64,000 bases of DNA from Candidatus Latescibacterota bacterium (GTDB lineage: Bacteria > Latescibacterota > UBA2968 > UBA8231), in NCBI GenBank assembly GCA_964291625.2, contig OZ220089.1:1248001-1312000 (forward strand), given 5' to 3'. Both the position numbers and the translations under genes were made by a program. Under the pieces are notes generated by a model. That model did no database searches. It was not told the origin of the DNA and saw nothing but the letters and a program-made list of their open reading frames with translations. Each line of letters opens with the position of its first letter. Positions within the stretch are counted from its first letter, which is position 1. Shown in pieces: positions 1 to 9,084 of this stretch.

Positions 1-282
1 GGTAGCCGGCGCCGCGCACCGCCTGCATCCACGTGGGCGCGTCGGCGGGCATCTGGTGTTGCATGTTGTTCCAGACGCCGGTGTTGTGGGGATACAGGCC
101 GGTGGCCAGGCTGAGGCGCTGGGGATGCAGACCGGCGAGGTGGCGACGCAGTTGGTGAAGCGCACCCCCTCCGCGGCCAAGCGGTCCAGGTTCGGCGTCC
201 GCACCCAGCCGCCGCTGCAGCCCATGGCGTCCCAGCGCTGCTGGTCGGTCATCAGGAGCAGGATGTTCGGAGCCCTGGTCAT
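1..282 (-). CDS. Sulfatase, N-terminal part (runs off the window), with a 1-bp frameshift in the CxPxR motif
   Basis: Manual translation from ATG at 282: MTRAPNILLLMTDQQRWDAMG...RTPNLDRLAAEGVRFTN...SPVCIP. After a shift at the G-run 121-124 it continues RLSLATGLYPHNTGVWNN, which is the sulfatase signature. Confidence 0.85.
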   Translation of the reverse strand, partial: MTRAPNILLLMTDQQRWDAMGCSGGWVRTPNLDRLAAEGVRFTNCVATSPVCIPSASAWPPACIPTTPASGTTCNTRCPPTRPRGCRRCAAPAT

Positions 283-291
283 GGCCCGGTC

Positions 292-332
292 AAGTTAGGG
301 CGGGTTGTCCCGCGGATCGACCGCCCTATCTT
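292..332. promoter_or_regulatory. Back-to-back sigma70-type promoters for the divergent sulfatase and lyase-like genes
   Basis: TTGTCC(305-310)-N16-TATCTT(327-332) lies 8 nt before ATG 341. TAACTT on the minus strand (297-292) lies 9 nt before ATG 282. Confidence 0.5.
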
Positions 333-340
333 GGACCCCC

Positions 341-1642
341 ATGGCACGCGGAGACATCTTCCCCTCGGAGAAGCGCGAGTTCACCCAGCCGGAGACCGGC
401 GTCCGCGCCGTCCAGCTCACCAGCGCCGCCTGCGCCAACGTCAACGCCTACTACAACTACGAGCAGTTCATCGGCGACAGCGTGGTCTTCTACTCCGACC
501 GCAGCGGCGTGCGGCAGATCTACAAGGTGGAGATCGACTCGGGGAAGATCGTCCAGCTCACCGACGCCCCGACCGACGTCGGCAACTTCGCCGCGGTGCC
601 CCACCAGGGCCGGGTCTACTACGCCTCCGGCGACGAGGTGCGGGCCCTGGACGCGGAGACCCTGGCCGACGAGCCGGTCTCCGGGCGCCTGCCGGGCTGC
701 GGACGGCCGGGGCTGGAGGACGTCTCCTCCTGCGGGCGCTTTCTCGTGATCAGCGCCCGGCCGGAGCAGGTGGCCGACGAGACCCGGCCGGACACCTCCT
801 TCCGTTACGGCAGCTGGAACCGGGTCGTCCTGTGCGACGCGGAGCGGGGCGAGCAGGCCGTGGTCTACGAGGGGCCCTCGACGGAGGTGCCGGTGGCCGC
901 CGACAGCCACCTCTTCATCAGCCGCGACGATCCCTCCTTCGTCTGGTGGGGCAGCTATACCCGCCTGCCGCCGGCGGGCTTCAAGACCGCCTGGGCCCTC
1001 GAGTGCGACACCGACGTCCTGGCGGCGCGCCGCCACCCCCGGCCCCTCTTTCGCCAGCTCCCCTGGGATTTCATCAACCACTACTACCCGGCCCCGGACG
1101 CCCACGCCGAGATGCTCCTCTACCAGTACTCCGGGTATGAACGCGACGGCATGCCCCTGGCCGACCTGTGGAAGGGATTCGTCAGCCGCAAGGGCGAGTA
1201 CCTGGGCTTCATGCTCGACGCCGATCTGCGGACGGGGACGGCGCGCCGGTGGCTGTTCCCCGGGCAGCCGCCGCTGCACTTCCAGCGCAACCGGGCCGGC
1301 GACCTGTGGGCCGGCGACACCGCCGACCCGGGGTTCCTGTGGTTTGAGGGGCGCGACGACGAGGCGCGCCGCCTCGAGGAGGTCGATCCCGAGGCCTGTC
1401 CCCCCCTCCCGGAGAACCACGACTACCACTGGCTGGGGTCGGGCGCCTGGATCGGGGTCTTCAAGAAGCGCGGCGCCTTCCTCGAGATGAGGCCACTCGT
1501 GCGCCACGACACGCAGTGGGCCCACGTCCATCCCCACCCCTCGTTCTCGCCGGACGGCCGCTGGATCGTCTACGCCTCGGGGGACCGGACCCAGTCGCAG
1601 GTCTTCGTGGCCGAGGCCGTCTGGCCCCGCTGGTTCGCCTGA
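341..1642 (+). CDS. Oligogalacturonate lyase-like / TolB-like beta-propeller protein
   Basis: N-term MARGDIFPSE...PETGVRAVQLT and C-term HPHPSFSPDGRWIVYAS resemble Ogl/PD40 propellers. Confidence 0.7.
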   Translation: MARGDIFPSEKREFTQPETGVRAVQLTSAACANVNAYYNYEQFIGDSVVFYSDRSGVRQIYKVEIDSGKIVQLTDAPTDVGNFAAVPHQGRVYYASGDEVRALDAETLADEPVSGRLPGCGRPGLEDVSSCGRFLVISARPEQVADETRPDTSFRYGSWNRVVLCDAERGEQAVVYEGPSTEVPVAADSHLFISRDDPSFVWWGSYTRLPPAGFKTAWALECDTDVLAARRHPRPLFRQLPWDFINHYYPAPDAHAEMLLYQYSGYERDGMPLADLWKGFVSRKGEYLGFMLDADLRTGTARRWLFPGQPPLHFQRNRAGDLWAGDTADPGFLWFEGRDDEARRLEEVDPEACPPLPENHDYHWLGSGAWIGVFKKRGAFLEMRPLVRHDTQWAHVHPHPSFSPDGRWIVYASGDRTQSQVFVAEAVWPRWFA

Positions 1643-1674
1643 GGCTGCCACCGCCGGCGCGGCCCGGGTGACGC

Positions 1675-2376
1675 ATGCCCTTCGAGATCGCCGCCGATCC
1701 CGACACCGACTACCGCGAGCTGGTCCGGGCCGCCTATGACCGCTGCGCCGAGGCGTATGCCGGACAGCGGCTCGCCGCGGCCGGCCCCGAGTTGGGCTGG
1801 ATCACCGGGCGCCTGACGGCGGGTTCGAGGATCCTCGACGTCGGCTGCGGCGCCGGCGTTCCCGTGGCGGCGCAGCTGGCGGCGGAGTTCCGCGTCACCG
1901 GCGTCGACATCTCCCCGAAGATGACCGCCCTGGCCAGGAGGAACGTCCCGTCCGCCAGGATCGTCACCGCCGACGCCACACAGATCGACTTCCCTCCGGG
2001 CAGCTTCGACGGGATCGTCAGCTTCTACGCCGTCTTCCACGTGCCGAGGCAGGACCACCCGGAACTCTTCCGGCGGTTCGCCCGGTGGCTGCGGCCCGGC
2101 GGGCTGCTGCTGGTCACCGTCGCCGCCAGGGACGACGGCCCCGGGTACACCGAGGACGACTTCTTCGGGCAGACCATGTACTGGAGCAACTTCGGGCCCG
2201 CGGCCTACAGGCGGTTCCTGGCCGAGGCGGGGTTCCGGATCGAGCGGGAAGGCGTGATCGGCGGCGGCTTTGCAGGCGCCGAGGCCCAGGAGGAAGTCCA
2301 CCCGATCCTGCTTGCCGTCAGGGGCGAGTCCGGGTCGCCGGGCGCGGAACCGAACTCGAGCGCCGGGCGGCCATAG
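1675..2376 (+). CDS. Class I SAM-dependent methyltransferase
   Basis: ILDVGCGAG motif I, VTGVDIS, FDGIVS, LRPGG. Confidence 0.9.
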   Translation: MPFEIAADPDTDYRELVRAAYDRCAEAYAGQRLAAAGPELGWITGRLTAGSRILDVGCGAGVPVAAQLAAEFRVTGVDISPKMTALARRNVPSARIVTADATQIDFPPGSFDGIVSFYAVFHVPRQDHPELFRRFARWLRPGGLLLVTVAARDDGPGYTEDDFFGQTMYWSNFGPAAYRRFLAEAGFRIEREGVIGGGFAGAEAQEEVHPILLAVRGESGSPGAEPNSSAGRP

Positions 2377-2405
2377 CCGGCGACTGCAACCGAGAGGAGC
2401 GATCA

Positions 2406-3341
2406 ATGGAGCGGCGACCGATGACGGGCATGCCGGAGGGAGTCTCCGTCATCACCCTGGGGACCATGCTCTTCGGCCGTCCCGTCCCCCGGCCGGACGC
2501 CATCGACCTGGTGCACGCGGCCCTCGACCTCGGCGTCAACCTCTTCGACACCGCCGACATCTACGAGGGCTACGACCGCTACCTCGGCTCGCCGGGCGGC
2601 GTGGCCGAGGCGATCCTGGGCGAGGCCCTGCGCGGGCGGCGCGACCGGGCGTTCATCACCACCAAGGTGGGCAACCCCGTCGGCAGCGGTCCGGACGGCG
2701 ACCATCCGGCGGGCGCCGACTACTTCGGCACCGGTCTGGGCCCGGCCCACGTGGAGCAGCAGATCGACGCCAGCCTGCGGCGCCTGCAGACCGACTACGT
2801 GGACTACTACCTGCTGCACATCGCCGACGCCGAGACGCCGCTGGAGGAGACCCTCGCCGCCGTCGACCGGATCGTCACCGCCGGCAAGGTGCGGCACTGG
2901 GGGTTCTCCAACTTCGACGCGGACCAGATCGAGACGATGCTCGACCTCTGCCGCGGCGGGGCGGCGCCGCCGCCGGTGATGGCCCAGCCCCAGTACAACT
3001 GGCTGGAGCGGGACCTCGAGTCCGGGTACCTGCCCGTCTGCCAGCAAGCCGGCATCGCCATCACCCCCTACCGGCCGCTGGCCGGCGGCCTGCTGAGCGG
3101 CAAGTACCGGCGCGGCAGCGCGCCCCCGGCCGGCAGCCGCGCCTCGGAGTCGGCCTGGATCGACGAGAGCGAGATCCCCTACCAGGAGTTGGAGCCGTTC
3201 CACGACGAGGCGGCCGCCGCGGGTGTCCCGCCGGCATGCTACGCGGTGCGCTGGCTCCTCGACAGGCCGGGCGTGGTCTCAGTGGTGGCCGGGGTCAAGT
3301 CGCCGGCGCAGCTGGAGGAGCTGGCCGCCTGCGTGCGGTAA
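2406..3341 (+). CDS. Aldo/keto reductase
   Basis: LGTMLFG, FDTADIY, TTKVG, SLRRLQTDYVD, GKVRHWGFSN, PLAGGLLSGKY; RBS GAGGAG. Confidence 0.92.
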   Translation: MERRPMTGMPEGVSVITLGTMLFGRPVPRPDAIDLVHAALDLGVNLFDTADIYEGYDRYLGSPGGVAEAILGEALRGRRDRAFITTKVGNPVGSGPDGDHPAGADYFGTGLGPAHVEQQIDASLRRLQTDYVDYYLLHIADAETPLEETLAAVDRIVTAGKVRHWGFSNFDADQIETMLDLCRGGAAPPPVMAQPQYNWLERDLESGYLPVCQQAGIAITPYRPLAGGLLSGKYRRGSAPPAGSRASESAWIDESEIPYQELEPFHDEAAAAGVPPACYAVRWLLDRPGVVSVVAGVKSPAQLEELAACVR

Positions 3342-3348
3342 CCCGGCC

Positions 3349-4329
3349 ATGGGCGTTCGCGTAGACTGCCAGACCCACGTGATCCCCCGGGAGTACGCGG
3401 AGGTCCTGGCGCGCAATCCCGAGTGGCCGCGGACCGTGATCGAAGGCGACCGCTACGTCCTCACCTACGGGGACGCCCAGACCTTCGTCATGGAGGGCGA
3501 GGCGTACAGCCTCGAGCGCAAGCTGCGCGACATGGACGAGGCCGGCGTCGACGTGAGCGCCCTGAGCGTGAACATGCCCGGCCCGGAGAACCTGGCGCCG
3601 GATCTGGCGGTCCCCGCCGCCCGCGCCGCCAACGACGGCCTGGCCGAAGCCGCGGCCCTGCACCCGGACCGCTTCGTCGGCCTCGCGTGCCTGCCCTGGC
3701 AGGAGACGGCGGCCGCCCTGACGGAGCTGGAGCGCGCCGTCGTCAGCCTCGGCCACCGGGGGGTGATGCTCTACTCGCACATCACCGGCGTCCCGGTCGA
3801 CGACCCGGCGCTGGATCCGCTCTACGCGCGCATCTCCGAGCTGGGTGTGCCGGTGGTGCTGCATCCGAGCGTCCCGACCTGGGGCGGTGCCATCCGGCGG
3901 CACTCCATGATCCCCATGGCGGGCCTCATGGTGCACCAGAGCTTCGCCACCCTGCAGCTGATCCTGGGCGGCGTCCTCGAGCGCCATCCCCGGCTCAAGG
4001 TGGTGCAGCCCCACTGCGGCGGCGTGCTGCCCTACCTGTGGGGCCGCGTCGTGCACCAGACCGACACCATGGGCCGCGGCCGGGAGAGCATCAGCCAACC
4101 CGTGGGCGCCTACTACGACCGGGTCTACCTCGACGTCGTCTCCCCCTCGCCGCTGGCCCTGAAGCTGGCGTACGACTTCGCCGGCAGCGGCCGCCTGCTC
4201 TTCGCCAGCGACCACCCATGGGTCCGGATCGAGGTGCTCAGCCGGCTGGTGGAGGAGCTGGACATCCCCGCCGGGGAGAAGGACCTCATCTTCGGCGGCA
4301 ACGCCTGCGCCCTGCTCGGCATCGAGTAG
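3349..4329 (+). CDS. Amidohydrolase family 2 protein (ACMSD/decarboxylase-like)
   Basis: DCQTH, MDEAGVD, VVLHP, PHCGG, LLFASDHP, IFGGNA. Confidence 0.9.
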   Translation: MGVRVDCQTHVIPREYAEVLARNPEWPRTVIEGDRYVLTYGDAQTFVMEGEAYSLERKLRDMDEAGVDVSALSVNMPGPENLAPDLAVPAARAANDGLAEAAALHPDRFVGLACLPWQETAAALTELERAVVSLGHRGVMLYSHITGVPVDDPALDPLYARISELGVPVVLHPSVPTWGGAIRRHSMIPMAGLMVHQSFATLQLILGGVLERHPRLKVVQPHCGGVLPYLWGRVVHQTDTMGRGRESISQPVGAYYDRVYLDVVSPSPLALKLAYDFAGSGRLLFASDHPWVRIEVLSRLVEELDIPAGEKDLIFGGNACALLGIE

Positions 4330-4334
4330 ATCCC

Positions 4335-6422
4335 ATGCACTACGCGCTCTTTGCACTTCTGCTCCTGGTCGCTCCACGGGGAGCGGCCGCCCTGACCTGG
4401 GAATTCGACGACGGCTCCACCTGGGGCTGGGCCGCCCGGCCAACGGTTCCTCCCATGAATCGGGAAGGCACCAACGCCCCACTGCACAGCGAGGTCGTCG
4501 ATGGCGTCTGGCGCCTGGCGCTGGTACCCGGGCAGTACCCCATGGTTCAGTTGATCTCGCCGGTGATCGGCGAAGACTCGGCCCTCTTCGACCGCCTCAC
4601 CCTGCGGATGCGCTTCATCCACCACAGCCCCATCGAGGGCCACCTCTGGATGCACTGGTCCAATGTCAAGTACAACCGCCGCACCGACTTCAGCGTGAAT
4701 GCAGCGAGATTTCGCGAGGAACGCCGTCAACTCTATCCCATCGAATGGGAAGAGATCACCGTCGATCTGCGCGCCCTGGCGGAAGCAGGTCCAGCGGTCC
4801 GGGACTATCCGGCCACCTGGGAGGATACCCTCTTCAATTTCCATCTGACCATGTGGGGCTCTCGGGACGTGGATGACTATCCCACGTTCCTGGAGATAGA
4901 CAGCATCCAGCTCACAGGAGCCGCAGAGTCGGCGCAGGGGGAACTGGTCCCCAGGGATATCGCGGTGGAGGTGGGCCCTCCCGGCACGTTGTTCGCCGCC
5001 CTCGACTTCAACTCCTTCGGAAGCCCCATCAGGCGGTGGCATGGCGGTGCGGTGGGCGACATCGACGACGATGGCGACGCGGATTTCGCAGCGGCCTGGG
5101 TACGTTACATGGACGGCGAAGCCCAGATAGGCTGGCTCATGGCCTCCAACGACGGGCTGGGCCGCTTTGAGCCCACCCGGGAGATTCCCCTCTCAGCCTC
5201 AGCCTTCTGGAATGACCCCTATGGACTCGTCAGCCTTCAGGGAGGCGACTTCGATGGCGACGGACTCCTGGATCTGGTCGTCAACAAGGGCCGGTTCGTC
5301 GAGGTATGGTACAACTGGGGAGACGAATACGATCCCACCCTCGAACTGGCCAAGGTCCGGCCAATGGGCCTGGCCGATGGGGATGGTGACGGCCATGTGG
5401 ATCTGTGGGTCGTGGGGCATGACGCGGAATCGTCCTACGTGACCCTGTGGCGCGGCGAAGCCTACGGCCTCTTCGGTAGCGATAGACTCGACTACGACAG
5501 CGAGGAGATGGCCCCCTACCTGCCCGCCGGACAACCCCTGGGCGAAGCCGCCGTCCTGGTGCGGGTCCCACCCTGCGGGCAGCGACTCTGCAACCCCCGA
5601 ATCTGGACACTGACACGGCCGTGGGCAGCCGTTCAGGAACCCCCGCTCGTTGTGGAGGTTCCGGGCTATTCCTCCGTGCTGGCCGACTTCGACGGCGACG
5701 GGATGGTGGACCTGCTCGGATTCCCCGAGAGCATTGCGACGAACTTCGGCACCCGGGGCTATGGCCTGGCCCTGTGGCTTCTGGACGCCTCGGGCGGGTT
5801 GACGCGCCACTCCCTGCTCGACTGGAAGGTGCTCCCGACAGGCATGACCACCGCTGATCTCAACGGCGATGGACTCCCGGACATTGCGATGGTCGCCGGC
5901 AACCTGCCCGTCGGTCCGGCCCTGATGGTGTGGCTCGGCCGGGCTGACGACATACCCGCTTTCGAAGGCTGGTACCCCCTGTCCGGAGAGGGTGGTCAGA
6001 TCCTCACCGGCGACGTCAACGGCGATGGCGACACCGATCTGGTCGTGCTGGGAAAGAGCGCCGGGAGCGACCTCGGCGGCGTCTTCGTCTTCATCAACCA
6101 GGGCACGGCCAGCGCCGTGGCCGGCGAGACAGCCACGCCAACGGCCTTTGCCCTGGGTGCCAACTATCCCAACCCGTTCAATCCCGGCACCACCATCCCC
6201 CTGGCCGTGCCCGATGGCGCCAGGAACGTGGACCTGGCGATCTACAACGTCCTGGGACAGCCGTTGCGCCAGGTGTGGACGGGTCCGCTGCCAGCCGGCC
6301 AACACGAGCTGACGTGGGATGGCCGGGATGGGCGGGACCGACCCGTCGCCGCCGGAGTCTACATGTACCGGTTGCAGGTGGACGAGCAGACGCGCGCCCG
6401 CAAGATGGTCAAGCTCGAGTAG
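4335..6422 (+). CDS. Secreted FG-GAP/VCBS repeat protein with C-terminal FlgD Ig-like (T9SS-type) domain
   Basis: Signal peptide. Repeated GDxDGDGxxD motifs. Tail ANYPNPFNPGTTI...WDGRD...AAGVYMYRL...KMVKLE. Confidence 0.85.
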   Translation: MHYALFALLLLVAPRGAAALTWEFDDGSTWGWAARPTVPPMNREGTNAPLHSEVVDGVWRLALVPGQYPMVQLISPVIGEDSALFDRLTLRMRFIHHSPIEGHLWMHWSNVKYNRRTDFSVNAARFREERRQLYPIEWEEITVDLRALAEAGPAVRDYPATWEDTLFNFHLTMWGSRDVDDYPTFLEIDSIQLTGAAESAQGELVPRDIAVEVGPPGTLFAALDFNSFGSPIRRWHGGAVGDIDDDGDADFAAAWVRYMDGEAQIGWLMASNDGLGRFEPTREIPLSASAFWNDPYGLVSLQGGDFDGDGLLDLVVNKGRFVEVWYNWGDEYDPTLELAKVRPMGLADGDGDGHVDLWVVGHDAESSYVTLWRGEAYGLFGSDRLDYDSEEMAPYLPAGQPLGEAAVLVRVPPCGQRLCNPRIWTLTRPWAAVQEPPLVVEVPGYSSVLADFDGDGMVDLLGFPESIATNFGTRGYGLALWLLDASGGLTRHSLLDWKVLPTGMTTADLNGDGLPDIAMVAGNLPVGPALMVWLGRADDIPAFEGWYPLSGEGGQILTGDVNGDGDTDLVVLGKSAGSDLGGVFVFINQGTASAVAGETATPTAFALGANYPNPFNPGTTIPLAVPDGARNVDLAIYNVLGQPLRQVWTGPLPAGQHELTWDGRDGRDRPVAAGVYMYRLQVDEQTRARKMVKLE

Positions 6423-6424
6423 CC

Positions 6425-7264
6425 ATGACAATCGCCATCGACGCCGACCAACGCCGGAAACTGCTGCGAGACGGGTTCTGCCTGTTCGAGCAGGTCCTCG
6501 ACGGCAGGCTGCTCGACCGGACCCGCACGATCGCCGACGCCCTCCTCGACCGGCAGCCGCCGGAGCATTTCGAGCAGCAGAAGTCGACGGGCAGCATGAT
6601 CTCCGTGTACGACGACCCGGCTTTCGCCGAGCTGGTGAGCTGCCCCGCCGCCATCGACGCCCTGGGCCGTCTCGGCTTCCCGCGGCCAAAGTGGTGGTCG
6701 GGGTTCGTCATCAGCAAGCCGGCCCACTCTCCGCCGCTGTTCTGGCACCAGGACTGGTGGGGCTGGAACCACCCCGTCAGCTACGGAGACCCGGTGCCGC
6801 AGCAGCTCTTCCTGATGTACTACACGGTCGACACCGCCCCGGGCAACGGCTGCCTGCGCCTGATCCCGGGATCGCACCTCGAGCGCCATCCATTGCACGA
6901 CGCGGCTCCCAACGCCCACACGAACGCCCTGCGGGAGATGGAGGACCCTCGCAGCCCGGTCTACCAGGCCGTGGAGGAAGCCGTCGACGTGCCGGTGCGG
7001 GCCGGCGACCTCGTGATCGGGGACTCGCGGTTGCTGCACTCGGCCCACGGCAACGACTCCGCCCAACGCCGCACCGTCATCACCCTGTGGTACTTCCCCG
7101 CCTTCGACCAGCTTCCCGAGTCGATCCGGTCCTACATCATCAGCGACCGCAAGATCGACACCTGGCCCGCCGGGACGCGCCGGCGCCTCGCCCACCTCCT
7201 TCCGGAGTACGACGGCGGCGCCCGGCCGATCGAGTGGAACCGCATCCCCGGACCCGCCCTGTGA
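6425..7264 (+). CDS. Phytanoyl-CoA dioxygenase (PhyH) family
   Basis: WHQD, NGCLRLIPGSH, AGDLVI...LLHSAHGN...RR. Confidence 0.9.
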   Translation: MTIAIDADQRRKLLRDGFCLFEQVLDGRLLDRTRTIADALLDRQPPEHFEQQKSTGSMISVYDDPAFAELVSCPAAIDALGRLGFPRPKWWSGFVISKPAHSPPLFWHQDWWGWNHPVSYGDPVPQQLFLMYYTVDTAPGNGCLRLIPGSHLERHPLHDAAPNAHTNALREMEDPRSPVYQAVEEAVDVPVRAGDLVIGDSRLLHSAHGNDSAQRRTVITLWYFPAFDQLPESIRSYIISDRKIDTWPAGTRRRLAHLLPEYDGGARPIEWNRIPGPAL

Positions 7265-8334
7265 ACTCGATCTCAGAACGCGCCCGCCGCTTCCACCGCG
7301 ACCACCCGATCGCCGACCTCCTCGCCCTCAACCTCTCCCATCCCCGTTTCACCATCGCCGACATCGACCTCGGCCGGAGGGACGAGACCTCCTGCCGCGG
7401 CGACTTCCCCAAGTTCCGGGACTGGGGCCTGAAGGTGGCGATGTGCAAGGGAGGGGCTGCGGTGCCGGAGATGAACTTCGCCCCCAAGTGGCTGGAGGAT
7501 CCCACCTTCCGGCCCGGCCGCCCCGACAGCGAGCCGATGTACCTCAGCCTCGCCATCAACAGCCCGACCCTGCTCTGCCTCGCGGTGCTCGACCGCTTCT
7601 TGTGCAACGTCGAGGAGAACCCCGACAAGGTGATCCTTGTGCGCACCGTGGCCGACCTCGACCGCGCCCTGAGCGACCCCGAGCGCATCGCCGTGCTCAT
7701 GGGGGCCAACCGCAGCGACTGGTTCGGCGACAGCCCGGGGGCCCTGCGCCAGTTCGCCCGCCTCGGCCTGCGCATGGTCACCATCGGCCAGGCGACGCGC
7801 GAGCTGGGCTGGGACGTCTCGGGCGAGCTGCGCTCCGGCGGCCGCATGACCGCCCTCGGGGTGCGCATGATCGAGGAGATGAACCGCCGCGGCATCCTCA
7901 TCGACCTGGCCCACACCAACGACCCCTGCGCCCTCGACGCCATCGAAGTCTCGGAGAGGCCGGTGATCGACACCCACTCGGGCCCGCGCGCCCTCGAGAA
8001 GGACCCGAGTCCGCGCAGCACTTCCGACGAGGTCATGAAGGCCCTGGCGGAGAAGGGGGGTCTCCTCGGCATCATGCCGCCCATCGCGCGGCCCCACGGC
8101 GACGCCCCGTACGAGTCGATCGACGACGGAGAGATGGAGCAGACCCTGAAGCAGATCCGCTACGCCGTCGACCTGATGGGAGCCGACCACGTCGGCATCG
8201 GCACCCACTTCAATTCGGCGGTCCTGCCCTGGATCACCGAGGCACTGCTCGAGGACGGCTTTTCCGAGGAGGACACGGCGAAGATCATGGGGGGCAACTA
8301 CCTGCGGGTGCTTCGCCAGGTGCTGCCGGCCTGA
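7261..8334 (+). CDS. Membrane dipeptidase (peptidase M19)-like
   Basis: GMTALGVRMIEEMNRRGILIDLAH, DTHS, ADHVGIG, KIMGGNYLRVL; GTG start overlaps the upstream TGA. Confidence 0.8.
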   Translation: MNSISERARRFHRDHPIADLLALNLSHPRFTIADIDLGRRDETSCRGDFPKFRDWGLKVAMCKGGAAVPEMNFAPKWLEDPTFRPGRPDSEPMYLSLAINSPTLLCLAVLDRFLCNVEENPDKVILVRTVADLDRALSDPERIAVLMGANRSDWFGDSPGALRQFARLGLRMVTIGQATRELGWDVSGELRSGGRMTALGVRMIEEMNRRGILIDLAHTNDPCALDAIEVSERPVIDTHSGPRALEKDPSPRSTSDEVMKALAEKGGLLGIMPPIARPHGDAPYESIDDGEMEQTLKQIRYAVDLMGADHVGIGTHFNSAVLPWITEALLEDGFSEEDTAKIMGGNYLRVLRQVLPA

Positions 8335-8335
8335 G

Positions 8336-9079
8336 ATGCATCGATCGGTGAGGAGAGACTGGCGAGCCGAGGAGTTCCGCTGTCTCGTCGCCCTCGGCGA
8401 GAGCACCACCGCGGGCGGCTGGAGCACCTCGCCCGAGCGCTGCTGGGTCGCCGTCCTCGGCGCCCTGATCAACGACTTCCAGGAGAGGCCGGCCCGAGTG
8501 GTGAACTCCGGGATCGGCGCCAACGTCATCTCCACCCGCAGTCCGTCCTACGACGCCAGCGGCAAGCCGGCCGCCTCCGAGCGCCTGGAGAAGCACGTCC
8601 TCGCCCACGACCCCGACCTGCTGGTCATCTCCTACGGCCTCAACGACGCCCGCGGCGGCACGCCGCTGCCGCAGTTTCTCGAGGACCTCGTCCTGCTGGT
8701 GGAGCGAGTGCGCGAGCGCATGGACCCGCTCATCGTGCTCCCCGGCCCCTACTTCATGACCGACTTCACCGTCGGGGGGCGGGACTGGAGCCACGCCGAC
8801 CTGCCGCTGTTCAAGAGCTTCAACGCCGCCACCGCCCAACTGGCCGAGGAGCTGGGCTGTCTCCACGTCGACCTGCTGCAAGCCAGCGGCGAGGCGCCCT
8901 GGACGGTCCACCACGACGGCGTGCACCAGAACGACCTCGGCCACCGCCTCGTGGCCAACCGCATCTTCGAGGTCCTGGCGCAGAGCTGCTCCTGCCTGGC
9001 GAGGAAGACCCGGGAGGCGGAGCAACACAGCCCGAGGTGGCGGGACGAGTCGACCCTGCAGTCGGACTACGGGCACTGA
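8336..9079 (+). CDS. SGNH/GDSL hydrolase
   Basis: ALGESTTAG, NSGIG, YGLND, DGVHQNDLGH. Confidence 0.88.
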   Translation: MHRSVRRDWRAEEFRCLVALGESTTAGGWSTSPERCWVAVLGALINDFQERPARVVNSGIGANVISTRSPSYDASGKPAASERLEKHVLAHDPDLLVISYGLNDARGGTPLPQFLEDLVLLVERVRERMDPLIVLPGPYFMTDFTVGGRDWSHADLPLFKSFNAATAQLAEELGCLHVDLLQASGEAPWTVHHDGVHQNDLGHRLVANRIFEVLAQSCSCLARKTREAEQHSPRWRDESTLQSDYGH

Positions 9080-9084
9080 TACCC

